Position numbers and translations under genes: made by a program. Shown piece by piece: positions 30,944 to 41,744 of a stretch of DNA of 64,000 nt. Under the pieces are notes generated by a model, which was not told the origin of the DNA, ran no database searches, and saw only the letters and a program-made list of their open reading frames with translations. Within the stretch, counting starts at the first letter, position 1, and every line of letters begins with the position of its first letter. Source of the stretch: an uncultured Thermoplasmata archaeon (GTDB lineage: Archaea > Thermoplasmatota > Thermoplasmata > Lutacidiplasmatales > UBA184); NCBI GenBank assembly GCA_963804525.1, contig CAWDQO010000005.1:543261-607260 (forward strand), in the 5' to 3' direction.

Positions 30944-31603
30944 TCTCCGCTGTGGACGAGGACGGTCCCGGGGCCGAACAGGTCAAGGACCGGGAGGGGA
31001 GCCGCGCCGGTCGAGGCCATCGCCGGGCTCGCGAGCCAATCGATCCGGAGCTGGACAGTATTCGCCGAGGCGAGCAACCCGGCGACGCTCGTGCGCATCG
31101 CCTCGCCCGGTTTGAGGTCGAACGACAGGATGTTCCCGTACAGACTGGTAAACGATCGTGCCGGGTCCGGTGAGCTCGTCGGCGAACAGGTAGGTGACCG
31201 GCCGCTGGCCGTTCGCATCCGGGTAGGGCGCCGGGTACTGCGCGAGGACCATCGGGTAGTACCGTACCGTCTCGTCGAAGCAGATCAGGTGGCCGTCCCG
31301 CAACCGGAGCGTCTGTCCCGGAGCGAGCTGGAGGACCCGGACCTCCCCGCCCTTGTCGCGCGAGAACGAGACGTGGCCCGGACCCTCGAACTCGGCGAAG
31401 AAGTAGCTCTCGTCGTTGTCCCCGAGCGCGTGCATCCCCATCAGGTGGCCCCGACTGACGCCGAGCGACTTCATCGTCCGCCGGTGCACCTGGACCTGGT
31501 GCTCCTTGTAGAGCATGAGGCCGTGGGAGGCGAGCACCTTCTCCCCCGGGCGGAGCGTGACGAGGACCGCGGGGGCGATCCCCCCGACCGAATCGGCCTG
31601 CAT
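30940..31603 (-). CDS. AIM24 family protein, copy 2 (frameshift near 31145)
   Basis: TLRPGEKVLASHGLM, ESYFFAEFEGPGHV, ELTGPGTIVYQ, continuing as YGNILSFDLKPGE...FGPGTVLVHSGE in ORF 30940..31218. Confidence 0.82.
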
Positions 31604-31609
31604 CGCTAC

Positions 31610-31798
31610 CTACGTCACCGGGCGGTCGTCGACGGCGAGCGCGAACGCCCCCCCGCAGTACTCGCAGCGGGCGTACCCGCCCTCGATGTTCTTCGCCGCG
31701 ATCTTCGCTCCGCACCCCTTGCAGCTCAGGTCCTGCAGGGAGGCGCGGCTGATCGTGACCTCGGTCCGCTTCTTGACGAACTCTTCCGGGATCGGCAT
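31610..31798 (-). CDS. 62-aa zinc-finger protein (CKGC...CEYC)
   Basis: MPIPEEFVKKRTEVTISRASLQDLSCKGCGAKIAAKNIEGGYARCEYCGGAFALAVDDRPVT; GGAGGAG RBS upstream. Confidence 0.8.
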   Translation of the reverse strand: MPIPEEFVKKRTEVTISRASLQDLSCKGCGAKIAAKNIEGGYARCEYCGGAFALAVDDRPVT

Positions 31799-31814
31799 CC
31801 GATTCTCTCCTCCC

Positions 31815-32463
31815 TCAGAAATGGGCGACCTTCGGGTCGATGCTCTGGACCGCGACCTTCCCCGGCCCGGTGAGCTCGAGGACCTCGATACGCTTCGAGC
31901 TTGCCGAGGAGACCCCCGCCGAACGGAAGGTTCACCGTCTTGGCGGTGACCCCGCCGTCCTTCCAGAGGAGCCCGCCGAGGTCGACGTGGATCACCTCGC
32001 GCGGGGCGAGGGTCATCGAGATGATGTTGCCGTAGCCGTGGATCGCGACCTTGCCGGGGCCGGTGAGGCGGTCGAGCCACAAACCGGCCATCCGGCCGGG
32101 GCGGTGGGTCCCCTTCACGTATTCCATCCCGTACTGGATGTGGGCGTCGGCGCACAGGAGCGACCCCTCGGCGACGTCGATCGTCTGGTTCGGCACGAGG
32201 TCGAGGATCCGGACCTCCCCGGTCCCGTCGCGCGAGAGGCCGACATGCCCGGGGCCGGTAAACTCCGTGAGGAAGTACGGAATGCCGCCCACGGTCGTCC
32301 GTTCGAGCGTCTGGAGCATTCCCCCACCCTGAATCGTCTTCCGGGAGACGCCCACGGGAGGGTCCTTGAACAGGAGAATCCCGTGCTCGCAGTAGATCGA
32401 TTCGTTCGGGGCGAGCGTGGCGAGCACGGTCGGCACGAGCCCGGGCAAACACTCGAGTTCCAC
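31815..32463 (-). CDS. AIM24 family protein, copy 1 (frameshift near 31890)
   Basis: TLAPNESIYCEHG, FLTEFTGPGHV, RLTGPGKVAIHGYGN; corrected end EVLELTGPGKVAVQSIDPKVAHF*. Confidence 0.85.
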
Positions 32464-32502
32464 GGTCGTCGGGTCGGCGAACCGCTCGGTACTATGAGAG
32501 GC

Positions 32503-33363
32503 TTACTTCGTCGCAGCCCCCGGCGGCCGGCCCGGCGGGGCGGATGCGGTCCGGTCGGCCCCGAGGAGGTCCATCACTCCAGATCCGAGCCACTGCCCCC
32601 CGTCGACGGCGAGGACCTGACCGGTGACGTACGAAGCGCGTCGACTGGCGAGGAACGCCACCGCCTCCGCGACCTCCTCGACGGTCCCGAACCGTTGCAG
32701 CGGGATCTCCCGCCGCACCGCTTCCACCACGGCCGGGCTCGTCCAGAGTCGCTCGTTCGTCCCCGCGGTCCGCACGGGACCCGGGGCCACGGCGTTCACG
32801 CGGATCCCATGGGGGGCCCATTCGACGGCAAGCGTCCGGGTGAGGGCGAGGACCCCGGCCTTGGCCGCGGCGGAGTGGGCCGTGCCCGGACCGGCCATCC
32901 AGGCGTACGAGGCCACGATGTTCACGATCGCGCCCTCGCGCCGGGCGCGGAGGAGCGGGAAGGCGGCTCGGGAGACGAAGAACGTCCCGTCGAGGACGAT
33001 CCCGACGACCGCGCGCCACCCGTTCGGGGAGATCGACTCCGCCGGGGCCACGAAGTTCCCGGCGGCGTTGTTGACGAGGAGGTCCAGTCGGCCGAACTCC
33101 GCCGTGACCCGGGCGATCAGCCGGTCGACCTGCGCCGGGTCGCGCACGTCGGTGGGGACCGTCACAACCCGGGCTCGGGTCGGGGCGAGCGTCGCAGCTC
33201 CCGCGGCGAGGTGCTCGGGCGAACGGCTGGCGAGAACGAGGTCGTACCCGCCGGTGGCCAGCCGTACCGAGATCGCGAGGCCGATCCCCGTGCCCCCGCC
33301 CGTCACGAGCGCGACGGGTCGGGCGCCGTCGGTCCCAGGGGAGTTCGCGTCGTTCTGCGCCAC
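32503..33363 (-). CDS. SDR oxidoreductase, 2,4-dienoyl-CoA reductase-like
   Basis: TGGGTGIG, NNAAGNF, ISPNGWRAVV, HSAAAKAG, VDGGQWL. Confidence 0.88.
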   Translation of the reverse strand: MAQNDANSPGTDGARPVALVTGGGTGIGLAISVRLATGGYDLVLASRSPEHLAAGAATLAPTRARVVTVPTDVRDPAQVDRLIARVTAEFGRLDLLVNNAAGNFVAPAESISPNGWRAVVGIVLDGTFFVSRAAFPLLRARREGAIVNIVASYAWMAGPGTAHSAAAKAGVLALTRTLAVEWAPHGIRVNAVAPGPVRTAGTNERLWTSPAVVEAVRREIPLQRFGTVEEVAEAVAFLASRRASYVTGQVLAVDGGQWLGSGVMDLLGADRTASAPPGRPPGAATK

Positions 33364-33469
33364 TGTTCCCCACCCCACGGCCCGTCCGGAAGTCCCGCGG
33401 CCGCACGATCGGGGCGACACGTGGCGTGAAGTTCATAGCGGGGACGGTCATGCGGCGAGTCGGAACGCC

Positions 33470-36400
33470 ATGCGACGAGTCGGTTGGGGCCAACGCCGGC
33501 CCCGGCCTCTCGCGGGGCTCGGCGTGGCGGCGATCCTCGTCGTGCTACTCGCCCCCGGCGCGACGGGGAACACCGCGCTCGGAAGCTCGGGGGGCCATGG
33601 TGCGGCACACCGGACCGCCCTCATTCCCGCGACACCGAACGCCCGCCGCTCGGCGTACGGCCTCGGTTGGCACAACCTGACCGGCGCGAGCCCACAGGCC
33701 CCGGGGGTGCTCGGCGGGATGGTCCTCGTACCCGACCCGGACACCGGCGGCCTCCTCCTCTTCGGGGGGTCCGGTCCCGGCGGCTCCTCGAACGCGACGT
33801 GGCTGCTCAACGGCTCCAATTGGATCCCGTGGGCGGGCTCGGGGCCGTCCCCCTCACCGCGCTCCGGCGCGCAGGGTGCGTGGGACCCGTCGGAGGATGG
33901 CGTCCTCGTGTACGGTGGGATCGAGCCCGACGGAAACCCCTCGCTGAACGACACCTGGCTGTTCCGCGACAATGCGTGGACGAACCTCACCCCGACCGTC
34001 GTCGGGAACCCCGGCCCCGGGGCGGGGGCTCGCTCGCGGTCGACCCGACGACGGGCGCCGCGGTCCTCTACGGGGGCGTCATCGCATCCGCGACGTTCAC
34101 GACCACCACGTGGACGTTCGAGGACGGGACGTGGACGAACATCACGGCCTCCGCCGGGACACCCCCGCCGGGCCGGGTCTTCTCGGCCATGACGGCGGAC
34201 GCGACGTTGGGGGGGTCGTCCTCTACGGCGGCCAGGACTACGGAACCGCGAACGACAACGACACCTGGCTCTTCCGGAACGGGACGTGGCACGAGCTCGC
34301 GCCGAGGATCAACCCGGGGACACTGCGCGGCGCATTCCTTGCCGACGACTCAACGTACGGAGCGGCCATCCTTTTCGGGGGCGACACCTCGGGGAGCGGG
34401 ACTCCCACGAACGAGACTTGGGCGCTCAACGGGGCGGGCAACTGGACGGACCTCACCGCCGAGGTCGGGTTGCCCCCGAGCGCCCGGTGGACCGGGGCGA
34501 TCGCCGACGACCCTTGGCTCGGCGGCGTCGTCCTCTTCGGTGGCTGCCAGGCGATCGGCTGTGCCGTCGCAACCAATCAGACCTGGTTCCTCGAGATCCC
34601 GCCGCTCGCCGTGACCCTGACCTCGCCCGACCCGTCCCCAGCGTCGGGAGTCCCGGTTCAGTTTGTGGCCCAAGTGGCGGGCGGGGTGCCCCCCGTCCGG
34701 TACACGTTCGCGCCGGGGGATGGCGCCGTGGTCGCCGCCGACAGCGGGACCGCGAATTACACGTACGCCGCGTGCGGAACCTTCGAGGCCTCGGTCTCCG
34801 TCTCGGACTCGGTCGGGGTGCGCGGGGGGTCCAACCGGCTGCTCATCGACGTCGGCTCGATGCACGCGGCGTCGTGGTGCTCGTTGACCGGACCGGGGGC
34901 CCCGGCGGCCGGGGGGCTCCCGCCGCCGCCTACGACCCATCGCTCGCCGCCGAGGTCGTCTTCGGGGGGTCCTTGCCCGACGACGCCGCCGCAGGCGATA
35001 CGTGGCTGCGGACCGACTCCGGCTGGGCTCCGGCGGAGGACGCCGGCCCCGGCCCGTCGGCACGTGCCGACTCGAGCAGCTGGTACGACCCGACCGAAGG
35101 AGGCGTCGTTGTCTTCGGGGGCCAGACGGCCCTCGGCACTCTCGTCAACGACACGTGGCTCTTCACCGGGACGTGGTCGAATATCACGGCCCAGGTCGGG
35201 GCGGCCCCGTCGCCCCGGTTCCAACCCGCGGTGGCGTACGACTCGACCGCCCACGAAGCGGTCCTGTTCGGGGGTCTCGATGCGGGGGGGTCGCCGCTGA
35301 ACGACACCTGGGTGTTCACGGGCGGACGGTGGTCCAACGTGACGGCAAGTGCCGGAGCCGCCCCCTCGGCGCGCGATTGGGCGTCGGCGGCCGATGACCC
35401 ATCCGATGGGGGGATCGTCCTGTTCGGCGGGCAGTTCTGCTCCGGGGACCTCCTCTGCGGCGACACCTGGACGTTCAATGGCTCCGGGTGGCACACGGCC
35501 GCGGTCGTCGGGCCCACGCCGTCGCCGCGGAGGGGGGTCCAATTCGCGTACGACGCGGAGTACGGGGCCGACCTTCTGTTCGGCGGGGCCGTTTCCAGTC
35601 CGGGACCGAACGGGACCGTCGGGGCGAACGACGCCTGGACGCTCGTCGGCTCGACGTGGACCAACGTGACTACGTACTTCGGTACAGCTCCTCCGGGCCG
35701 GTGGGCCGCGGCGATGGACTATGACCCGGCCCTTGGCGGTCTCCTCCTGTTCGGCGGCTGCACGGCGCTCGATTGCGCCTCGGCCGTGAACGACACCTGG
35801 TCGCTCGCGATCCCGTCGTTGGTGGTCACGCTCCAGGAATCGATCTCCGCTACCTCCGCCCCAGCGAACGCCTCGCTGGGCGCCACGGCGGCCGGTGGGC
35901 TCGGGACTCTCACGTTCTCGTGGACGTTCGGGGACGGGACGTCCGACAACCGAACGTCGACCAGCGAGCTCCAGCACGAATACCGCGCGAACGGCAACTT
36001 CTCCGGCGCGTTGACGGTGACCGACGTCGCCGGAGTGACCGAGGTCGACTCCTGGACGGTCAATCTGACCGCGAACAACACGACCCATCCCCACGGGACG
36101 ACGCCGCTCCCGAAGCCGCACGTGATGGCGGAGGGGACGCCCGCCTGGTACGGCTGGGCAGAGCTCGGGGTCGTGGTGGCGGCGGCCGCCGCGATCGTTG
36201 CAGTCGGCGTAGGGAAGTGGCGCTCGCGGAAGGGGCCGCCCACGACGCTCGGCAACGCTTCCCCCGCGCCGTCCGCGCCTCCGGCGGGGGTCGCCGCGGC
36301 GCCCCCGGAGCTCGCTCCGGGACCACCCTCGTTCCCCCCCGAGGCCGCCGCCGTCCCGGGGTCCCTCGACGCCGGCGCCGGATCCGGGATGGCGTCGGGC

Positions 36401-36733
36401 GCCGGTGCGTCGGAGGGCGGGGACCGGTTCGGAGCGGGCGGTTCGCTGGGCGATCGGATCCTGATCCACCTCCACCGGCAGGGCCGACTCGGCCCCCAGG
36501 AGCTCGCCTCGCTCTCAGTCACCCAGGCCGGGTTGTCCGATGCCCTCGGTCGCCCCCAATCCGCGTTCGCGAGGACCCTCCAGCGCCTCGAATCGACGGG
36601 GTTGGTGTTCACGGAGCTGCGGCACGTAAAAGGGGCGAGTCGGCGACTGAAGGTCTATCGGCTCACTCCCGTGGGCGAGCAGAGGGCGGCCGAGATCCGG
36701 TCCCGGAGCGGGCCCGGTTCCGAGTCCCCGTAA
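33470..36733 (+). CDS. Membrane-anchored protein: 2x (six-blade Kelch propeller + PKD), TM, cytoplasmic MarR-like winged helix (about 1090 aa; three frameshifts)
   Basis: 12 LFGG/YGG...(N/D)xTW repeats; PKD motifs YTFAPGDG and FSWTFGDG; TM followed by KWRSRK; C-terminal VTQAGLSDALG..QSAFARTLQRL...HVKG..RRLKVYRLT..G. Shifts near 34025, 34215 and 34915. Confidence 0.82.
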
Positions 36734-36772
36734 GTCGGGCCAGGGCCTCCGCCCCGTCGGGGGTCGCGCCCC

Positions 36773-36818
36773 TGCCGTACGACGTGGAAACGTGCCGTAC
36801 GGGCCCCCGATGCCGTAC
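36773..36818 (+). repeat. Three direct repeats of TGCCGTAC (36773, 36793, 36811), candidate operator
   Basis: Exact 8-mers at 20- and 18-bp spacing in a 139-bp intergenic gap, upstream of GTTTATCT (36841-36848). Confidence 0.75.
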
Positions 36819-36872
36819 CGGGGGCATAGCTGCGCTGGCAGTTTATCTGGTCCGACCTCCCCAGCCTCCCTC

Positions 36873-38532
36873 GTGTCCGACGCGACCCGCTCCCAAATCC
36901 GCCTTCGGTTGACCGCGCTCTTCGGCGTGCTCGGCGTATTCACCGTCGCCGGGATCGTCCTGCTCAGCTCGGGGGCCGCGGCCTCCAGCCATGCCGCCCC
37001 CACCGCCGCCCTCCCGATGGCGAGCCCCGCGCAGTGGGCGCAGCTCGTCCCGGCCGTTTCTCCCCGGGCTCGCCGCGGGCGGGGCCATGGCGTACGACCC
37101 GGTCGACGGCTACCTCGTGCTGTTCGGCGGGTGCGACAGCGGAAACTTCTGGTTCTCGACGTCTACCCCACCAACCAGACCTGGGTCTACCAGAACGGCA
37201 GCTGGAGCCAACTTTCCCCGACCGTTTCGCCCCCGGCCCGGTACGACGCGAGCCTCGCCTGGGATGGGGAAGCCCAGTCGCTGGTCCTGTTCGGCGGGAA
37301 CGGATCCGTCACCACCGGGTTCCTCAACGACACGTGGACGTTCGTCCACGGCCAGTGGACCCAGCAGCACCCGACGGTGAGCCCGCCGGCGCGCGCCGCC
37401 GCCGCGATGGTCTACGACGCCCGCGACGGCTATGTGCTCCTGGTCGACGGCGAGCAGTACCCGGACCCTCACGAACGCCGCGACGTACACCTACGTCGGC
37501 GCCGACTTCAACGACTCCTGGGCGTACTCCGGCGGGAACTGGACGCAGCTCCACCCGACCGACAACCCCTCAGCCCGGGACTCGATGAGCATCACCTACG
37601 ACCCGATGCTCGGGGAGGTCGTCCTCTTTGGTGGATTCAACTGGACGACGTACAACCTGGACGACACCTGGGCGTTCTCCGGTGGGCAGTGGTCCCCGGT
37701 CGCGACCTGGGGGGTCGGGTCGGGCGTGACGTACGTCGTTGCCCCGGCGGACCGCAACAACGCGGCGTTCGCCTACGACCCCGCCCTCGGGACCGACGTG
37801 CTCTTCGGCGGCCACAGCGGGTACGCGTTCTACTCGGACACCTGGGAGTTCAATGGCTCGTTCTGGTTCCAGCTGAACAGCTCGAGCTCCCCGTCGCCGC
37901 GGTGGGGCGCGAGCATGGCCTACGACCCCGCCGCCGGGTGCATGATCCTGTACGGAGGCTACACCACGGGGAACGCGTGGAACAACACCGCGGGCACCTT
38001 CTTCAACGACACCTGGTCGATCGGATGCGGCAACGCAACGGGCGGGTCGGGCGGCGGCAACGGATCCGGGAGCGGCAACGGTTCCGGCGGGAACGGGTCC
38101 GGGAGCGGCAACGGTTCCGGCGGGAACGGGTCGGGGAGCGGCAACGGCTCCGGCGGCAACGGGTCTGGGTCGGGCAGCGGCTCCGGCGGGGGCAACGGCT
38201 CGGGGACCGGAAACGGTTCTGGGAGCGGAAGCGGCTCCGGAAACGGCAGCGGCTCCGGTGGGAGCGGCGGCTCGGGAACGGGCGGCGGCTCCGGCGGAGG
38301 GAACGGCTCCGGATCCGGCAATGGCTCTGACGTGGCCCACCCCGGCGGTAGCCCGGGACGTGGCTCCGTCGCGTCGCCGATCACGACGCCGTCGGCCGCG
38401 GGGGCGCCCGCCGCGGGACCGTTCGGGTCCTCGGCGATGGTGAGCCCGGTGGGGTTCCTGCTCTACGTGCTGCTCTCGGTCGGGCTCCTCATGTTCGTCG
38501 TCGTCGTGAGGCGCCGGTCCCAGCGCCGCTAG
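36873..38532 (+). CDS. Surface Kelch beta-propeller protein with Gly/Ser/Asn stalk and C-terminal TM (frameshifts near 37075, 37165, 37460)
   Basis: Signal peptide, six Kelch-like repeats, GGNGSGSGNGS repeats, TM followed by RRRSQRR. Confidence 0.82.
38053..38184 (+). repeat. 33-bp coding tandem repeat (4 copies, GGNGSGSGNGS unit); degenerate continuation to about 38330
   Basis: Units start at 38053, 38086, 38119 and 38152. Confidence 0.85.
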
Positions 38533-38692
38533 GACGGAACGAGCGGCCTGCCCCGCGACTGGGGGCCAACTCCTTCCCAACCGCGCGGGTGCCGGGGTGC
38601 GAGCGTCGGGCTCCCCCCTCCGGGCGGCGTGAGACGACCGGTCGATGGGACTCAAGCCTCCTCGATTAATACCGGGCGTTGGTCCTCGCCCC

Positions 38693-40852
38693 GTGCGAGT
38701 CCCCTCCCGCGTACGGCCGGCTCCCCGGCGCGCGATTCGGGCGGCGAGCCTCGCCATCGCGCTCGGGATGCTGATGACCGCGCTCCCGGCGTCGCTCGGA
38801 GCCGCGGGGAACGGCCCCACGTCCCCCCCGAGCCGAGCCCTCAGCGTCGGCGCCGCCCTGCCCGCAGGGTCGACCCACTTGGCGGTCGCCGCACTCCCGC
38901 ATCCCCGCACCGTGCCGCACCGGATGCTGTCCGGAGGGCTCGTGATCGACCCCAACGCTTCGTACACGTCGGAGCCGGCCCCGATGGGCATCACCGACTA
39001 CGGCGTCACCCCGTCCGGGGTCGGGTACTCGTATGCCACTCCGGTCGTCCAGGGGAGCGCGACGATCGATTCGTTCGCCGTCGCCGACGGCTCCTCCGGG
39101 ACGAACATGACGTTCCAGCTGAACGTCGAGGACGTCGTGGTGAGCGGCTCGTCTTCGTTCGTCTTCTGGGTCCAGGACGTCGCGTTCTTCGACACCCAGT
39201 CCCACCTGATCTTCTGGGAGGACAACGTCTGGAACCTCACCGGGGGGACGGGGAATCTCTACACCTCGTCGGTCGCCGGGAACGGGACGGTCTACTCGAG
39301 CTACTACTACGCGGACGTCGCCAACGGGTACCCGGGTCCGGGGTCGTCCTCAGCGAGCCGACAACGATCAGCGCCCGGGTCGTCGCCACCAACGCCTCCG
39401 GCACTCCCCACGTCGGGTTCGAGTACTCCGACGGCGACGGCTGGGTCACCTTCGACAACGTCACGTTCCCGTTCACCTCGGTCGGGGTCGAAGAGGGGTT
39501 CCTCGTCGACGGCTTCGACTACACCCCGTCGGGCGGGTACTACGACGCCGAGTGGGACCTGAGCGGACCGGGCGGGGGCCAGACGCAGGCGATCCGTACC
39601 GCGGACATGAACCTCAGCCTCTCGGTCTGGAACGGGCACAATCTGCAGGCCGTGCGGGCGGCGTACAACCACGGCGGGAACACCGCGGAGTCGATGTCGA
39701 ACGCGATCGACGGGTTCGCGGCGGACAACGCGACGGGGGCGCTCTACGCCCATACGGTGAACGGAAGCGGGGGGCTCGGCGCCCTGTACGGCCCCGGTTC
39801 CACCTCGACGCTCCGGGTCATCACGGCGAACGTCGAGCGCCGGCACGCTCGCGCTGAACGGGACCGACGTTTCGTTTATCGGCTCGCTCGCGAACCTGAC
39901 CCTCGCCCCTGGGACGTACACGGTCGACCTCGAGGTGAACGGGAGCGTCGTCGGCTCCGCCAACGTGACGCTCGTCGCCGGGGAGTTCCTCGCGATCACG
40001 ATCGCGCCGTACAACTACTACCCCCTCCGGTTCGTTTCCTATGGGCTCCCGACCGGGCAGCCGTGGTCGGTGACGGTCGCGGGGGTCCCCCTCTCCGGAA
40101 CGGACGCTGCGCTCCTCCTGTCGATGCGTTCCGGGAACTACTCGTACGACGTCGCGGGGGTCGGCGGCTACTACCTCCCGACATATGCGGGGGTCGTGGA
40201 CGTCCCCGCCACGGACCTGGTCACCCTCAGCTGGCTCCCGACCGTCTACGTCTCGGAATTCCTCGCGGAGAACGACCCGGGAGGAGTCCCGTGGAACGTC
40301 GCCGTCGATGGGCAGAACGTTTCGGGCACCGCGCTCGCCCTCTTCGTTTCCCTGCCCAACGGGACGTTCGCCTACGCGGCCTCGGCCCCGCGAGCGGAGT
40401 CGCTCTATCCCGCGACCGGGGACGCGCAGGTGGCCGGCGCCGGCACCATGGTGTACATCTCGTTCGCCGTTTCCCCCGGGGTCCTCCGGGGGTCGATCGT
40501 TCCCGGCTTCGCCCACCTGACGGTGGCGGGGACCCCGGAGAACGTGTCCGACGGGGCGTTCGAGCTCTCGCTCCCGCCCGGAAATTACACGGTCGTCGCG
40601 ACCCTCGCGGGATACCAGCCGTACTCCGGGAGCGTCTCGCTCGCCGCCGGGGGAACCGAGTCCCTGAACATCACGCTCGTCCCGGTACCCGCCACCCCCG
40701 GCTCCAATTCGTCGTCCCACCCGGGAGGGCTCTGGGGACTCGCCTGGAGCTCCTGGGCCTTGATCGGGCTCGGCGTCGCCGCCCTCGTGGCCCTCGCGGC
40801 GATCGCAGCCCTCCGGCGGCCTCGGCCCCCCGCCCCCGCTCGGACCCAATAG
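38693..40852 (+). CDS. Thermopsin (peptidase A5) family protease with C-terminal beta repeats, PEGA-like domain and TM anchor (frameshifts near 39345, 39838)
   Basis: EPAPMGITDYG, FQLN, FWVQDV, DNVWN, FDNVTF, YYDAE, WNGHN, NTAE; GATTAATA upstream supports GTG 38693 (ORF track start 38645). Confidence 0.88.
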
Positions 40853-41018
40853 CGACGGGTCGCGCGGGCGGCACTCGCCGGAGCGTAGACCCCCGGCGTA
40901 CGAGACCGCAGACCGCCCGCCCATGTCCGGAGCTCGTCGCTCGCGCGTCCGGGCCGGGACCCACAAAGACCTTCGGACAACGTGCTCTTCCAACCCCGCA
41001 AGATCCCTGCGTCAAGGT

Positions 41019-41744
41019 ATGAGGACGGAAGCTGGACCGGCCGCGTTGGACGCGCGGCGCCGAACGCTCCGCGGTTCCGGTCCGGTCGTCGGGATCGACC
41101 TCGCGGGGAGCGAGACGCGACGGACCGGATTCTGCCGGATGGAGGTCGACCTCCGGACCGAGACGGAGGTGCTCGGGCCGGACGCCGAGATCGTCGCGGC
41201 GGTCCGGGCCGCCGCGCCCCGCGTCGTGAGCATCGATGCCCCCCTCTTCCTCCCGCTCGGGCGGCCGTCGATCGAGACGCCGGGCCCTCCGCACCTGCGG
41301 GCGTCGGACCGGGTCCTCCTTCGCCTCGGGATCCGGTTCTTCCCGATCTCCCTCGGGCCGATGCGGGTCCTGACGACCCGGGGGCTCCGGCTCCGCGCGG
41401 CGCTCGAATCCGAAGGGTTCCGAACGATCGAGGGGTATCCCGGAGCCGGTCAGGACCTCCTCGGGATCCCGCGGAAGGGGGCCGGGGTCGATGCGCTGCG
41501 GGCCGGGCTCGTCCGGGCCGGTCTCACGGGCGGGATCGAGGACGGTCGGACGACGCACGACGAGCTCGACGCGGCGTCCGCGGCGTACCTCGGGGACCGG
41601 TTTCTCGCCGGCGACTTCGTCGCCGTCGGGGACCCGTCCGAGGGGTGGATGGTCCTCGCGCCGCAGGCAGCGGCCCTGGCCCGGCTGCGGGCGAGCGCAG
41701 GGCGAACGGTCAAGCCCCGCCCCGCGCTGCGGTCCGGTCGATGA
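41019..41744 (+). CDS. DUF429 family predicted RNase H-fold nuclease
   Basis: VVGIDLAG, IDAPL, IEGYPGA, HDELDA. Confidence 0.8.
   Translation: MRTEAGPAALDARRRTLRGSGPVVGIDLAGSETRRTGFCRMEVDLRTETEVLGPDAEIVAAVRAAAPRVVSIDAPLFLPLGRPSIETPGPPHLRASDRVLLRLGIRFFPISLGPMRVLTTRGLRLRAALESEGFRTIEGYPGAGQDLLGIPRKGAGVDALRAGLVRAGLTGGIEDGRTTHDELDAASAAYLGDRFLAGDFVAVGDPSEGWMVLAPQAAALARLRASAGRTVKPRPALRSGR

Noticed and set aside
36773..36818. TGCCGTAC repeats as a mini-CRISPR
   Set aside because: Repeats of 8 bp and spacers of 10-12 bp are far too short, and no cas genes are present.
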